From Macrostomum lignano (lineage: Eukaryota), in the NCBI GenBank assembly GCA_002269645.1, contig NIVC01003659.1, forward strand, positions 1 to 64,000: a DNA stretch of 64,000 nucleotides, written 5' to 3'. Below are positions 13,701-41,862 of this stretch, piece after piece. Both the position numbers and the translations under genes were made by a program. The notes under the pieces were generated by a model that saw only the letters and a program-made list of their open reading frames with translations, ran no database searches and was not told the DNA's origin. Position 1 is the stretch's first letter, and each line of letters opens with the position of its first letter.

Positions 13701-14607
13701 GGAGAGGCGACTGTTGAGTCACGAGCGCATCACTTGAGTTGTTGAACCGTAAGATTCGTAAAGAAGTCGTCCAAGAGCTATTTTGTTAGCGGTGAACTTT
13801 TCACTCACTTAAGTAGACTAAATAAAATCGTTATAAATGCGAAATGCGATTCTAATTCATGAAGTGACGCAGATGCTTTTTAAACGCAACTCAGCGATTC
13901 TAGCACGCCTCAGACACAACTCTGCGGCCGTAGAGTCATTATAGAAGCTCCCCAGAGTCGTTTCAGAGTCGCTTCTTTCCTAATTTACCTAGGGTCTGGG
14001 TCGTTTATAGACCTAAGTACAATTTCCATCAGGATATATGCTTTGTAAAGCAGTCTTCTTATTTCAGTTCAGTAGCAAGGAAGGATGCATAATAATTAAA
14101 AATTTGCTACCCTTCCTGATTGATATTTTTGAGGAATTTTTCTCACCAGACAGTTGCATTTAACAAAGCGTTCTATAAAATCAGTCAAGAAGAGTGTCTG
14201 ATATTTACAAGATGACTAGCACTAGCGCTTTCTTTAACCTATACTTTCAGGATGAAGGAGTACGATGTGTACCCATCTGACAAGCTAATCTGCTTTGGCC
14301 AGCTGCTCGGCATGTGCGACCACATGAGCTTTCCGCTTGGTGAGTCTGCGAAACTTTTCATACATAAATTTATTTGCCTTGAATATTGCTTAGCGACAAT
14401 GTAAAAACAAATTTACCCGCGAACAACTCGATAGGCCAGAAGGGGTACTCGGTGTACAAGTACGTGCCGTACGGCGCCGTGAGCGAGGTCCTGCCTTATC
14501 TGGGCCGGCGCGCCTGCGAGAACCGGGGCCTGCTGGACAAGGTGCGAAAGGAGAAGCAACTTCTGACCCGCGAACTGCGGCGGCGGCTGACGAGCCGAGG
14601 GGAGTAG
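7778..14607 (+). CDS. PRODH: Proline dehydrogenase (mitochondrial proline oxidase), 10 coding exons
   Basis: Exons 7778-8077, 10227-10435, 10857-11124, 11685-11875, 11991-12072, 12271-12363, 12567-12713, 13021-13301, 14251-14339, 14435-14607, all GT-AG with matching phases. Motifs: [92 protein letters not shown]. Arg-rich presequence; AATAAA at 14651. Confidence 0.96.
8285..8445. repeat. 49-bp tandem repeat, ~3 copies (PRODH intron 1)
   Basis: GGAGAGATTAGACAGATGAGGTA recurs at 8291, 8340 and 8389. Confidence 0.8.
8886..10143. repeat. 25-bp minisatellite, ~50 copies with interspersed variants (PRODH intron 1)
   Basis: Unit AGTGACAGTTTAGTT[AGCG/GGCA/GACA]GTGA[A/G]G. Confidence 0.97.
11214..11609. 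repeat. Same 25-bp minisatellite, ~16 nearly identical copies (PRODH intron 3)
   Basis: Unit AGTGACAGTTTAGTTAGCGGTGAGG, identical to one variant in intron 1. Confidence 0.97.
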
Positions 14608-15961
14608 GGGGGGGACTTGCGGGCAGGGAATTTTGAGGGGATTGAAGTCCAATAAAAGATTCTCAAGTTACCGAGATGCTTGTGAGATGCCCCAGAAAGG
14701 ATCTTATGAGGCCGATAAGATTAATTTCCCCTACTATTCTTACTTCTATTGGGGCATTTCGTAGCCCCCCCCCCCCGAATCAGCATAATTTAGTTGTTGT
14801 GCTGCATGTATTCTCAGGTGTCTATCTGTTTATTTTCAAAATCAAGAAACACCTGATGCTCAAAGGACTTAGGCTGTTAAGTTTGGGAATCCCGCTATTA
14901 GTCTCCTCATTAGTATCCTTCTTGTCTTCGTGGTCTTCATTCGGCTATAGTAATAGACAATGGCAGTGACACTTTTTAGCCTGCAGCATCCAGCAGATGA
15001 AACTCGGTCCCTAACGCTTTGTATTGCCCGAATACAATACCGGTATGTGCCCTAGACAAAGAGAGCTCAGATGGCGAATGGCTTGCACTGGGTGAATTCT
15101 TTGTAAATTCCAGACGCACTTTGCTGGTCTTTGTTGCCCTCCGGTTGCTGATTTTTTGGGCGCCGATGCTTTCCTGTTGTACATTTTTCGAATCGATTTT
15201 TCTCCCGAACCCGTTCCAAAACTATGTTGAGTTGAATTCTCTCTTTTTTTCATAGCCAACAGCACCTGGCACTTCCACTAATCGAATCATACCCAGCGAC
15301 CTGAGTGCATAGCTGTGCTACAAGTCCGCACGAGACTCACTCACTACTTACCAAACGCAATACCCAAATTATGTTTTCTCCATTCAGTTTTTTTCTCTTC
15401 TTTTTCTCCGCTTGCATACTTTTTTCTCGATGATTTTTGTCGAAAATTGGCCCTTGTCGACCCGATTTTACACACAAAGGTCAAAACTTGTCTGGCCGTT
15501 GCGCTGGCGGGCCCCGCTGTCTTGCGCCGCAACTTCCTAGCCAGTCTGTTTTAAAAACCACTCTTGGCGTTGTGTGCCCACCGCCGCAGATCGTCAGCAA
15601 CTGCTGTCCCGAACTCCTTGAAAATGAATCTTTTTATTGACTGCAAATCCGTAATAATGCCTGTCCTGCATTGCATTGCCCTCTTATCAAACTTAGCTAT
15701 TTTGTTGGCAAAATACACCGATCACACAGAGAGCCTAACTATATTGGTTTAATGTGCTTTTTTCAGGTGTATCGAGTATTGTTCACTTTCAGCGTGAATA
15801 ATTTGACAGCTTCAAAAGTTAATTAAGGGCTCCTTTTCATTAGCAATTTTAGGCAGGGGTCGGCAAACTTTGGCCCGCCAAGCCTCTCTATCCGGCCCTC
15901 AGGTCCTTTGGAACTTCACAATAGCAATTCGACCCGCTCAAGGTTTGTGTCTCTTCTCTTC

Positions 15962-16069
<108 letters not shown>

Positions 16070-16579
16070 TCTCTCCTCTCATCTTATCTATCATCTCTCA
16101 TCTCTTTCCTTTCTTGTCTCCTCTATTCCCTCTCCTCTTTCTAAATAAAGAATTAGATTTTTTGTCTGGCCCTCTAGGTAAAAAACCCTGCCAACCACCT
16201 GAGCTAAGGCAGGCGCGAAGTCTCTCGTGCGATGCGATTACAGATTCTGGATCAGTTCAGAAAAGGCAGTACGACCGTCTGTTTTATGTTAGTTTCAATA
16301 AAAGTAATATTTATGCACGATTTTTAGCTACTTCCAGTCCCCATCTCCGTTTAATAACTAACTCTTATTATACCTTTTTTGTGATCAAGTTTGCCAAAAC
16401 TGCAATCAATTTTGCTCAAGGAAACTCTTGCCTATCTTTGCCCAATTATGACCCCAGCTTGAGCCATCGACTATGATCTCCGAAAACTGCAGCTTGGTTT
16501 GAGACCTAGAAATTTTTTTATTTATAATCAAGTCAGAAATGGATCAGCAATTTACACAGCATACATGTAGATACATGTA

Positions 16580-17362
<783 letters not shown>

Positions 17363-17772
17363 GACGCTGAAGAGCCAAAGACCCTTAGCGTTCACATGGT
17401 TGCGAAAAAGTTCAGATGGGCAGGACGTGCAGCCTCAATCGGGGTGAGGTGGATGGCCTGACGGTCACTAGCAAATGTCTTTAGAAGCGTCTCAGTGTAC
17501 AAGACACGGCATACGAGCTACATGTACTCGCACTCAAAGATGTCTACCCGCTCAAGACACCTTTTGACGTAAGTTTAAGAATATGGTTCACCCACCGAAT
17601 GCACTTCTACTGGGTGATGACATTTTATCGAGGCCTACCTCTCGCCTGAGCTCCATAGAGTAGCCAGTATCAGAAACAGCTGAGTGCTGCAGCAACTTTG
17701 AAGTACTCCTACCTAAATAGACCAAAGACGCCTGGACTTTCATTTGAGAGATCACTGATGCAGGTAATCGTA

Positions 17773-18917
17773 CGAGCTTGGCTGATAAAGTAGAAACTGA
17801 AGCTGCATGCTGTCTTTTTTGCTACTAAATTTTTTTGTTGAAAACAATACGAGCAATCCATTTTCACATTCAAATGAAGTTTGACGTTAAGTACTCGTAG
17901 AAATAATATTTGCCGAAGGGTTGCAGAGATAGCTTGGCAAAAAACGATTTTGCTTAGTCCGGTCTCAAAAGTTCGTAGAAAGGGATGGAAAGCAAGCAGC
18001 TAGATATTAATAAGCGGTTTACAGCGGAGATGAGCTCATCACGAGTTTCAAACAGCTTTGCTCCTACACCGGCTGATTGCTTTTCGGAAATAAGCAGAAA
18101 ACGCACGGCGCCAGGTCCGGCGAATAAGACGGAGCGCTCACCAGCTGGATGCCATGAAGCCTCAATGTGTTGCACTGTGTGAGCAGGCGCATTGTCGTAG
18201 TGCAGGAGGTAGCGACGGTAACTTTGCCTTTTCGCGGCCAGCTGCAATTGAGTTGAACACGACGGGCAAGCAGATGATGGTCACGTACGAATCAGAGATC
18301 ACTGTTCAACCTTGCTCAACTAATTACCGATTGACCGCAATGGCCCTCAGGCTTCGTCAACAGTGACGATGTTCTGAGAAAGTTCGCAGAGGTGCCAGCT
18401 TTGAAATTTTTCAGGAAATGACACCTGCAGAAATGATTCCTGCAGAATTCGATCGTCTGCCGCTTGTGCTCTGGTGATAGGATTAGCGGCACCCATTTAG
18501 CAGCTTAATTTCTTGGTGACACGAGGATCTTCGTGCAATATCCTCCAAATCGATGTGGCATCAATGCCCAGGCTTCCCTCCATCCTCTCAATTGTCATTC
18601 TTGTGTCTTCGTTCAGAGCAGACTGCACACAGCAGCCACATTCAAGGAGTCCGTCGAGGGTTCTTGGACAACCTTTTCTTGGCTCGTCAGCCAAATCGAA
18701 ATGGCCGGACTTGAAGCGACCAAACCATTTGTGCACAGTGCGGAGGGATGGAGCTTCATCCTCTGCGGTACCGCGTTTTTTATCTCAGCAGCAGCTTCGC
18801 TGGCGCTAGAGCCTCGGCGAAATAGGAACAGCATTATGCTCTTGACATTGTGTAACATTTTTAAGGCTATACTCGTAGCTTTATGAAAAGACACTTGAAC
18901 TTTTTAAAGATCCCTCG
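17773..18917 (-). mobile_element. Decayed mariner element with both ends recognisable
   Basis: Minus strand 5' end is TA|CGAGGGATCTTTAAAAAGTT (18919 downward); a probable diverged 3' TIR is TA|CGAGCTTGGCTGATAAAGT at 17771. Frameshifted peptides: IMLFLFRRGSSASEAA, TVHKWFGRFKSGHFDLADEPRKGCP, LLHYDNAPAHT, PSYSPDLAPC. Confidence 0.85.
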
Positions 18918-18939
18918 TAGAAGCTTGCCAATATTGTAC

Positions 18940-19075
18940 TCAGGCACGCATTCATACACACGCTCACACAGGATGTACAGAGGCCCTGAATTTCTTCTAA
19001 TCGTCAGGCACGTACACTCTCTGTGCCTTGTGGGTTGGCCCTCATGCAGGGTGTGAATCGCGCGACAACCCCGGA
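18940..19075 (-). mobile_element. SINE core fragment, same family as the SINE at 52021
   Basis: Reverse complement GGCCAACCCACAAGGCACAGAGAGTGTACGTGCCTGACGATT..GGCCTCTGTACATCCTGTGTGAGCGTGTG aligns by eye with 52157-52240. Confidence 0.65.
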
Positions 19076-19198
19076 AATCGTTGCTTTTTAAGTCGATCCG
19101 AATCCAGGTCGAGTTGCAATGGCGAGTTTTTTATTGGTTAAAACTCGTGTGGGGTTGGCTCGGTCAGCCTTCCCACCAGATGCTCTCTCTAAAACTCC

Positions 19199-22100
19199 AT
19201 GGTTGAACTGATAAAAGAAGAGCCGCAAATTGACTTGGCTGGTACTTCAGCTATCCAGCAAGTAAGTTCAGCTCGGCTCAAGCAGACTTCCAGGATGCTG
19301 CTCCCCGATCCGCGCCTGCACACTCGCCGCGCTAAAAAGGTTCGCTTCTTTCGGAACGGCGACCGCTACTTCCGCGGCTACCAGTTCGCCATCTCCGTCG
19401 AACGGCACCGCACATTCGACTCGCTGCTGAGCGACCTCACCAACAGCCCCGTGTGCGACCGCAACATCCTGCCGCAGGGCGTTCGCTACCTGTTCTCCCT
19501 CAACGGCCAGCGGGTGCGCACTCTGGACGATTTGGCCGACGGCGGCAGCTACGTGTGCGCCTCCTTTGACCAGTTGAAGCGAGTCGAGTACGAAACCACC
19601 GGAGGTAGCGGCGACGGTGGAGCATGCGGAGGCGGCGGCAGCGGCAGCGGCTGGTTCCCGGCTTTGAAGGCTGCCCGGCCGCTGCACCAGACGCCCGCGC
19701 CGCCGCCGACGCCAGATTGGTACTTGAGACGGCCGAGGTCGGCGCCACCATCGTCCGCCTCTGATGCCGCCCGAGCGGCTTCCGGGTCAGTGCGACCGCG
19801 CATCATCGCTGTGCTGCCTGGCGGAGGCTCGCGGCCGAGGCGGGCGGCCCGCGTCCTGCTCAACAGCCGCACCGCGCGCTCCTTTGACCGCGTACTGGCC
19901 GACATCAGCGAAGCGGTGCGGCTACCTACCGGGCCAGTGCGACGGCTGTTCAATACGGACGGGCGGCTGGTACGTTTTACAGAAAAATTGACATTTAATG
20001 TCCCGTATATTTGATGGGTTTGCATAGAAAGGTCCCAGGTGACAACTGTTATTCTCTCTAACATGGACAACTGTACAGAAGGAGGCTGTAGTGGCAAACC
20101 GTGCCGAGTTTCGCTCCAAAATTCATTAGCGAAACTGCATCGCTCTTTCCGAGGATTAATCACAACTTTCTTGACAAACCATAGGTAATAAAAAGCCTTT
20201 GAACTATTTACTCGTGCGTAATAACTAGAAACTTACTCTTTCTTAAAACGAGTGGTTTCTCAGCTGCTGAGATCCGATCCGTGGCCTGGACTGAACTATG
20301 ATCCTTTCGGGTGTAATAGTTTGCTATGATGGCATTCGTTTGCGTCAGTCTACAGCTGAGCCAACATCGTCAAGTTTTGCACTAAGCTTCGCCAGGCTCC
20401 TAATGCGTTGCAGTTTAAATTTCCGAGGCTCTAGGTTGTCTAAATTTTAGCAGCACAATCTCAATCTTAGCGCAACCAAACCCCATTGGTCAGGTCACGT
20501 GTCTAGAGGATCTGCTCGGCAACAGTGGCGTGTTCATCGCGTACGGAACGGAAAAGGTCAACAATTCGGACTTCGTACTGGACGAGAATGGTGAGGCATT
20601 GGGGACGCTTTTGTGTGGGTGATTGACAGGACAGTGGCTTGTAGGCATAGAAGTCAATCATACATAGGATATGTATGATTGTAGATGCCAAACGTAGTAG
20701 CATGGATGCTTATGGACGCAACACTCCGTTTTCTTAGTAATGAGCAGGAGATCCGGCCGTAAGGAGTGAGTATTACGAAAATATACTTGCAAGGACTACT
20801 CAAGTAACATATATATAGGACGCTACACTCGAAATCCATGGTAAATGTTTTGAAGGCAACTTTTCGCCGAAAAATACACTACAGAGATAGGAGGTTTTAA
20901 TTTTTTCAGCACAAAAATTGTTATTGCTTTTAATAGGAGGCAGATCCAGTGTTCATCTTTTGATATATTGTGCCTTTTTTATTGCTCTATCGATATTCAT
21001 AAAGCTTTTCGTTCAGAAATAGTTTTAAAGGCAGGTTTAACCGGAAAACTACACTGCGGAGATAGGAAATTTCCAGATTTTCAACACTAAAACAGTGATT
21101 GGGTCTCTTAACAGTGTCAGAGAAAGTTCTAATCACACTATTTTGTGCCTCACATGCTGCTCTAACGATGCATTAATCGATTTTTCATGTTAAATTGGTC
21201 TGTCACTTGAGAAAACGTTAAAAATAATAAAAAGACTTCCTGTACGTTCCTTACCTGCCTACGTTCGTCTACTTCAGCTGGCCAAATGTAGAAGCGGGTC
21301 ATCAGAAATTTGTGCATACGAGTGTAATAATATTTTCTGGTTGATTTTTTGATACCGCCCTTTGAATCCAAGTTGATTCGATAGGATGTACAGGTAGATA
21401 GTGACTGAAAAGGCTCCTTAAGTTGAAAAATCTACATGAATGTGTTGACTCAATGTGAAACACATTGGTGAATTAAGTGAAAAACAGCAGAGCACCATTC
21501 TGTTCCAGAAAAATCCTAAATACAAAAAACGAGTTGTCTGTCTGTAGCTGGCTAGCAATGCAATGGATTTTAGAAAACTTTCCACTAAAAGCGAGCGAGT
21601 TTATTACTAACCGAGCCGACCGCCTCTTCTCCAGACCGACGCGCCATTGGCATGCAGGGCGCGAAGACGGCAGCGGAGGCGGCTAAACTGGCGGCCACTG
21701 GTGAGTGACAGCCGCGTGCCTTCATCGGCTCTGATTTCCCGCGAGACGGGCCGCCAGCCTCCTGAATTGAATGAGATGAAGATCTCATTTAGAAAAATCT
21801 CAAAACTGCAGTCCAACGTTATTTAATTTTAGAATAATTTTTGTTGCGCCATTTTAGATTCACCGGAGCCACCGCAGAACCGGCGGAAAATTCGGCCACA
21901 GCAGCAGCCGCCCCAGGTAACAGCTAAGGGCTTTAAATTATCCACTGTCGTCGGTAGGATTTCTTTGCACTTCCATAGACTTGAAAATTCAGTTGAGCTC
22001 CAGATGTGACGGGTAGCAGCTCTGGGCTGTGTTGGAAATACAAGGTGGGAGATGCGGCTGATTAAGTACGAGTATTGATTAAATAGCTTTATTCACTCGA

Positions 22101-22550
22101 TGTGACGTACTGTTTGTACTTTGAGTATTTGGAGAATTTTTACACGTAAAGCCAGTATGCAGCTCAGCTCAGCTGTGAACGCGTCTGACTCTCGTGCCAT
22201 GACCCCTGGTTCGATTCCGTGCTACGCAAGTGCTATTTGGTTTACATGCCTGACGATTAGAAAGTCAGAACTGCTATAGTACACCCTGTGTGAGCGCGTG
22301 TATTGAGTGCTTGCCTGCTTACAGTTTTGCCGTCAGTGCTGGTTGTGGAATTAAAGTACACTCGTAGCACATCAGAGCTAAACTTTACCTGAACAAATTT
22401 ATCAAGGCCAAGTCGGGAAATTCTGACTCTGAGCATCGCAACGCAGTCAATAGTGAGGAGGGCGGCCGCAACGGCGGCGGCGGCGGCTCTGCGAGCGGCC
22501 CAGACGCAGTAGAGTCGAGCGCCGACAATGGAACAAACGAAAGCGCTTGA
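19199..22550 (+). CDS. Doublecortin-family protein with tandem DCX domains (DCX/DCLK-like); no kinase exons found
   Basis: Exon 19199 (or ATG 19295)-19969 has AKKVRFFRNGDRYFRG..LPQGVRYLF..GGSYVCAS and RPRII..RAARVLLNSRTARSFDRVLADISEAVRL. Exon 20494-20590 (VTCLEDLLGNSGVFIAYGTEK..DFVLDEN) matches the DCX second domain. Further phase-consistent exons 21635-21700, 21858-21916 and a probable last exon 22407-22550 are less certain. Confidence 0.88.
22160..22315 (+). mobile_element. tRNA-derived SINE fragment
   Basis: A-box-like AGCTCAGCTG and B-box GGTTCGATTCC, then TACATGCCTGACGATT..GTACACCCTGTGTGAGCGCGTG shared with the 52021 SINE. Confidence 0.65.
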
Positions 22551-23889
22551 GACTGCAGGATGAAGATGAGCAACCAGGAACAATCATGCAACGAAGATGA
22601 CGAAACTGCCCCAGCTTCTAGGGAAAATCATTCGACAGAACTGGTTTTCCTCTTTTCCTCAGCTCTTGATTTCTTAGAATTTTAAATAGCTAGCTATACC
22701 AGTAGCTTAGTCGTTCCTTGAAATTAGCATACTTTTTATGGTCCACTTTTTCAAAACAATTACAAGTCGCTAATATGACCGAATCTCCATGATTCCCATT
22801 CCCATTTCTATGAAAGCTTTAGCCCTAATTAACTGAAATTATATTGCTATTCGATTCAGCAATCGCGCTTTCTTCAATCCGCAACTTTAGTTACTGCGGT
22901 TGCTACTTTTGACATTTACTAAATCCTTTCCTATGAATATTAATCCTATGGAAGTATTTCCAGCGCAAGATGTGTTCATGACACCATTTTTTTGAAGGGC
23001 TACCTGGAAATCTCTCCAATGTCGCCCCAGTTGGCACCTCAGTTTTATTTAAGGCATAAATTTAGTTTTTGCTTTGTTTTCGTCTGGAAGTTTACAGCTT
23101 ATTGCCGTTGTGTCCATTTACGTACTTCAATATTGAAATTGACTCCGTGAAATTTTGCTATTTGAGCATCTGGATTTTGAAAAAGAAACCCTGCTTTCAA
23201 GACCATTATTCTCTTCTATAGAGAAATTTGACTGCATCAAATAATAAGCTCAATTCATTAAATCATTAAAAAGGAAGACAAAACAGAGAAAACAGCTCAG
23301 ATTGTACGTGTAATTTCCTGCCCAGGATGCTCTACGCTCGTACTGTATTGTTATGAGACAAATCACCACTCACAGTGGGCCAGTCTGTTCCCAAACCTCA
23401 TTGTGAACTCATTGCCCAGTATGCTTCTACAAGTGGTACATTGGACGCGGCAGACAAAAATAAAGCTGTTAGAACGAGAAAAAAGACAGATTTTTTTCTC
23501 AACTCAATGTGTTGTTCGCAAATTAACAAGGTTCTGTTAGGACGCGAGCTACTGGTACAAAGACTACAATTGATAGAAAATACACCAAGCGTTAGTGTTC
23601 AAAACTCTAATACAGAAGTGTCCTACAAAGAAAGTGGCAGAGGTAGGTGATGAACGAGAGACTTTCGAAACTTAATTGCGAGTAAAACTGTCGATGGGAC
23701 CTCTTGCACTGTCAAAACTTTCGAAGGGCATTACGAGCTAGTATTTTAGAGGATTAGTGTGTCAGGAATGAACAGAGGCATCACGACCTGGATCATGCAG
23801 AAAATAAATCAGTTAAATTGTGTGGATTGTGTGGAAACGTTGCTCTTATCTACTACGATCGTATTTCAGTTTTAATGTCGCTTCTAATC

Positions 23890-24162
23890 TTACCCAGCCA
23901 GCCAATTAGCCTTAGCGTCGCTTTGTCACCTAACCCAGCCAGCCAATCAGCTTCAGTGCTGCTTTCTCACCCTTACCCGGCCAGCCAATCAGCTTCAGTG
24001 TCACTTTCTCACCCTTACCCGGCCAGCCAATCAGCCTTAGTGTCGCTTTGTCACCTAACCCAGCCAGCCAATCAGCTTCAGTGCTGCTTACTCACCCTTA
24101 CCCAGCCAGCCAATCAGCTTCAATGCCGCTTTCTTATCCTTACTTAGCCAGCCAATCAGCTT
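23890..24162. repeat. Degenerate ~38-41-bp tandem repeat, ~7 copies, each with AGCCAATCAG-type CCAAT box
   Basis: CCCAGCCAGCCAATCAGC recurs at regular intervals. Confidence 0.8.
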
Positions 24163-25384
24163 AATTATTGAGTCCACATATGGTATCACTAGAAGTGCGG
24201 AAGCAATGAGTTAGTATTCATTAAAGGTAGACAAGCAGAAATGGGCGCAGATGAAGCACAGAATGTTATCGATGGTATATAACGCAGTACTACAGTGCAT
24301 GTATGTATGACAATTTTCTCTTTTTTATCGCTATCTAAGTTTTATTAGGGTTACAAATACGGATGGAGAATCTTTTGGTGACAGCTGCGCGAACCAGCAT
24401 AGAGAACAGAGAGAAAAGCCGCATACAAGGTATATATTTATATATCGCAGAAACTGTTCCGAGCTCATCACAAACGATTGTTGACTAGATTGTATTCGGG
24501 GGGAAAAACTCCCCAACTCGAATCGCTAAAGGGAATAATGCTAGAGTGTTGAGGAAACACACAAAACGTCGGCATGTGAGAAAATAAAACAGTTGCAACT
24601 GAGACCAGAACAAGTCAAAAGTGCATCGATAATCAGAGACTAGAGGCTACAACTGTGCAGTACTTAGTCACGGCAAATTCACATTTACAGACTAGAATTT
24701 TATCAAATTAGTTATATCGGAAACAAAAAACCGCGCATCGGAAAAATAGCAGATCAAAGCAGAGTGTTAGGCCACGCTGTCCCAGTTGCAAACGCGTTTA
24801 ATGGGCAACAAAAAGCTTCGAGGCTAATACAAACAATTATAGTTTTAAAAAATCGCTTAAGAGTTACATCTAAAAGTACAACAAAACCTTATGGTGCCTT
24901 TCCGCTCGGTCAGCCAATCGGGCAGATCACGTCAAGATCTCTAAGTCAAGAAATAGTTCAACGGAATCCAGTGCTATTACCGCAATATTGGCTATTCGCT
25001 ATAGAGCGCTGTTTAAGTCAACTTTTGGAGCCAACTGAAATGGAGCACACGGATTAAAGTTAGTGCCAAATTAAAACTTGTACCGGCGTTAAAGTATGCA
25101 TATATTTTTTGTATTCAAATTTGAATTCGCGCCAAAATGGCATTGTCAAACAATCGTTTAACTAACAGGTAAAGCTTAAGGGTAGGTATTTATTTTATTC
25201 TTTGTATCTTTATGATTAAACGAGACCGACTCCTCCGTTGGAGGAGAAAGGGGATGGAACTCCTATCGCCAGAATTCCATTCCCTGAAATCCATTAGCTG
25301 AATCCCATGACCGAATCCCATCTTCCATATCCTCTCCAACTCCTCTATAAAACCTCTCAAATACCATCTCTCTACTGCCATCGT

Positions 25385-25635
25385 TCAGACTGAGACTCTC
25401 TCCTGTCTCCTCTCTCCTCTTTAGTCTCTCATCTTTAATCTCTCCTCTCTCCTCTCTGCTCTCATCTCTCCTCTCTCCTCTCTCATCTCTACATCTCTAA
25501 TCTCTCATCTCTCATCTCTCCTCTCTGCGCTCTCATCTCTCTACTCTCTCCCCTCTCCTCTCCTATCTCATCTCTCGCCTTTTCTTTTCCCTCTTTCTCT
25601 CCTCTCCTCTCTCCCCTCTTCTCTCCTCTCTTCTA
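25385..25635. repeat. CT-rich low-complexity tract
   Basis: Degenerate CTCTC/CTCATCT repeats. Confidence 0.85.
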
Positions 25636-25854
25636 TATATCTAAGTTCCGCATTTGAGTTACCAGCCGTCTAGGAGGAGATACCCGTTAAACCCGGTCGG
25701 TAGGTCCACTCAGCTTTAGATATAAGATGTCATTTTTGGTTGCTTGTAAGTAAAATAATTTTCAGGACGTTTGAGGATTGTCAAACAATGTTTCAGGGCC
25801 GTTTGGGCGCGGATTTGAGTTGGATTTACTTTTTTACAAGCGAAACCAGACATA

Positions 25855-40276
<14,422 letters not shown>

Positions 40277-40635
40277 CTACTACAGGGGTCGGCAAGCCTT
40301 TTTAATCTAAGGGCCTTGCTAATGAAGAGAGAAATAAGTCACAGAAATAAGTTTGCGAAACCTGAGCTACTATATTGTCGGCTGATTTTCCATGCAGGAA
40401 TGGCATTCTTGCACTCTTTTGCGTGCAGGAATGGATGTCTATGGTAAAATCTCACTGAAAAAGCATTAGCGCAGAAATGCATTTCTGCACTGTTTTGTGC
40501 ATCCCTGCACGATGAATAATCCGACAATGGGATTCCTTCACGTTCACTCGTGCGTGAAGGACATCGTGAAATCGTGCGCTAGCGCGCACTCGTGCAGATG
40601 TCATTCCCGCACTCGTGACCGTGCAGGAATCATTC

Positions 40636-40864
40636 AGTACCGTCGCCCAGTTTCCGGCAGACCCCTGAGCTACTATAGTACCGTCGCCCCAGTTTCCGGC
40701 AGACCCCTGAGCTACTATAGTACCGTCGCCTCAGTTTCCGGCAGACCCCTGAGCTACTATAGTACCGTCGCCTCAGTTTCCGGCAGACCCTGAGCTACTA
40801 TAGTACCGTCGCCTCAGTTTCCGGCAGACCCCTGAGCTACTATAGTACCGTCGCCTCAGTTTCC
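40636..40864. repeat. 42-bp minisatellite, ~5.5 copies
   Basis: Unit AGTACCGTCGCCTCAGTTTCCGGCAGACCCCTGAGCTACTAT. Confidence 0.93.
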
Positions 40865-41862
40865 GATTGTCTCTTGTTTCTGTTTGTTAAAAGTCCAGAA
40901 GGAGCTAATATTCATTGCAGGGAGTAGCTCAGGGCCAACTTCAACTATTTCAGAGCTACTGATTCTGGACTGCATGCAAGTTTGCGGGCACCAGACGCCT
41001 ACTAAACAAAAGAATATAAAAGTACACTAAAGCAATTTGTGAATTTTCCCATCGCGCGAAATATTGCCGAATCCTAGGAGAATAGATTGCTCTATAATTA
41101 GCTAATTATTGCAAATAGTTTACAGGGATTTGGGGCGCACCTGCCGCTTCAAACAGCAGCAGTTCAGGGCGCTAACACACCTTTTCTGCAGTTGGCCAAA
41201 TTGGCGGGAGCCGCTGAATACGCGCAGCCCTGAAATCTGATGAAAGCGCCGCGAAAATTGCAAAGGCAAAAAAGGGGTCCAGAGCATGGAGCTCTAAACA
41301 TAGCTGTCTAGATTGGAAACTGCTTGAAAGAGAAATTTGTGTCTGAAATCCATTGAACTCGCGTGTAATCTTTGATACACAGGTGAACCTACCAGGACCA
41401 CTGTAGTATAACAAGACGGAAAACCCAAAGATCGTGCAATTTTTTAGGAAGCCACGATTTCCTGGAAAAAAAATACACTGCAGAGATAGGAAAAAAATAA
41501 TTTTCATTACAAAATCAATGACTGCATTTGATCTGGGCAGTGAAGATTCTCATTTATTTAATTTAGCATGCAGGTACTCTTAGCCTTAAGCTAGTCTTTG
41601 TTTAAAAAGGGATAACTTTCTAAAGACAACAGAGTATGAATAATGATATTGGTAAACATTGTCTACATTCAATAATTTATCATTGATCTGGTGATTAAAA
41701 ATGACTGTTTCCTATCTCCGCAGTGTATTTTTTCCATAAATTGGTCTCCTAAAAGTACAAGATTTTTTAGTTTTACGTCCTGTTATACTAACAGTGGTCC
41801 TTGGTACCGTAGTCATTGTAACCACTCTAAGTTTCAATTCCAGATGCCCTATTTAGAAATCC

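Noticed and set aside
13570-13995. Possible MITE in PRODH intron 8 (GACTC/GAGTC-rich inverted motifs)
   Set aside because: Terminal similarity is weak and I could not define a TSD.
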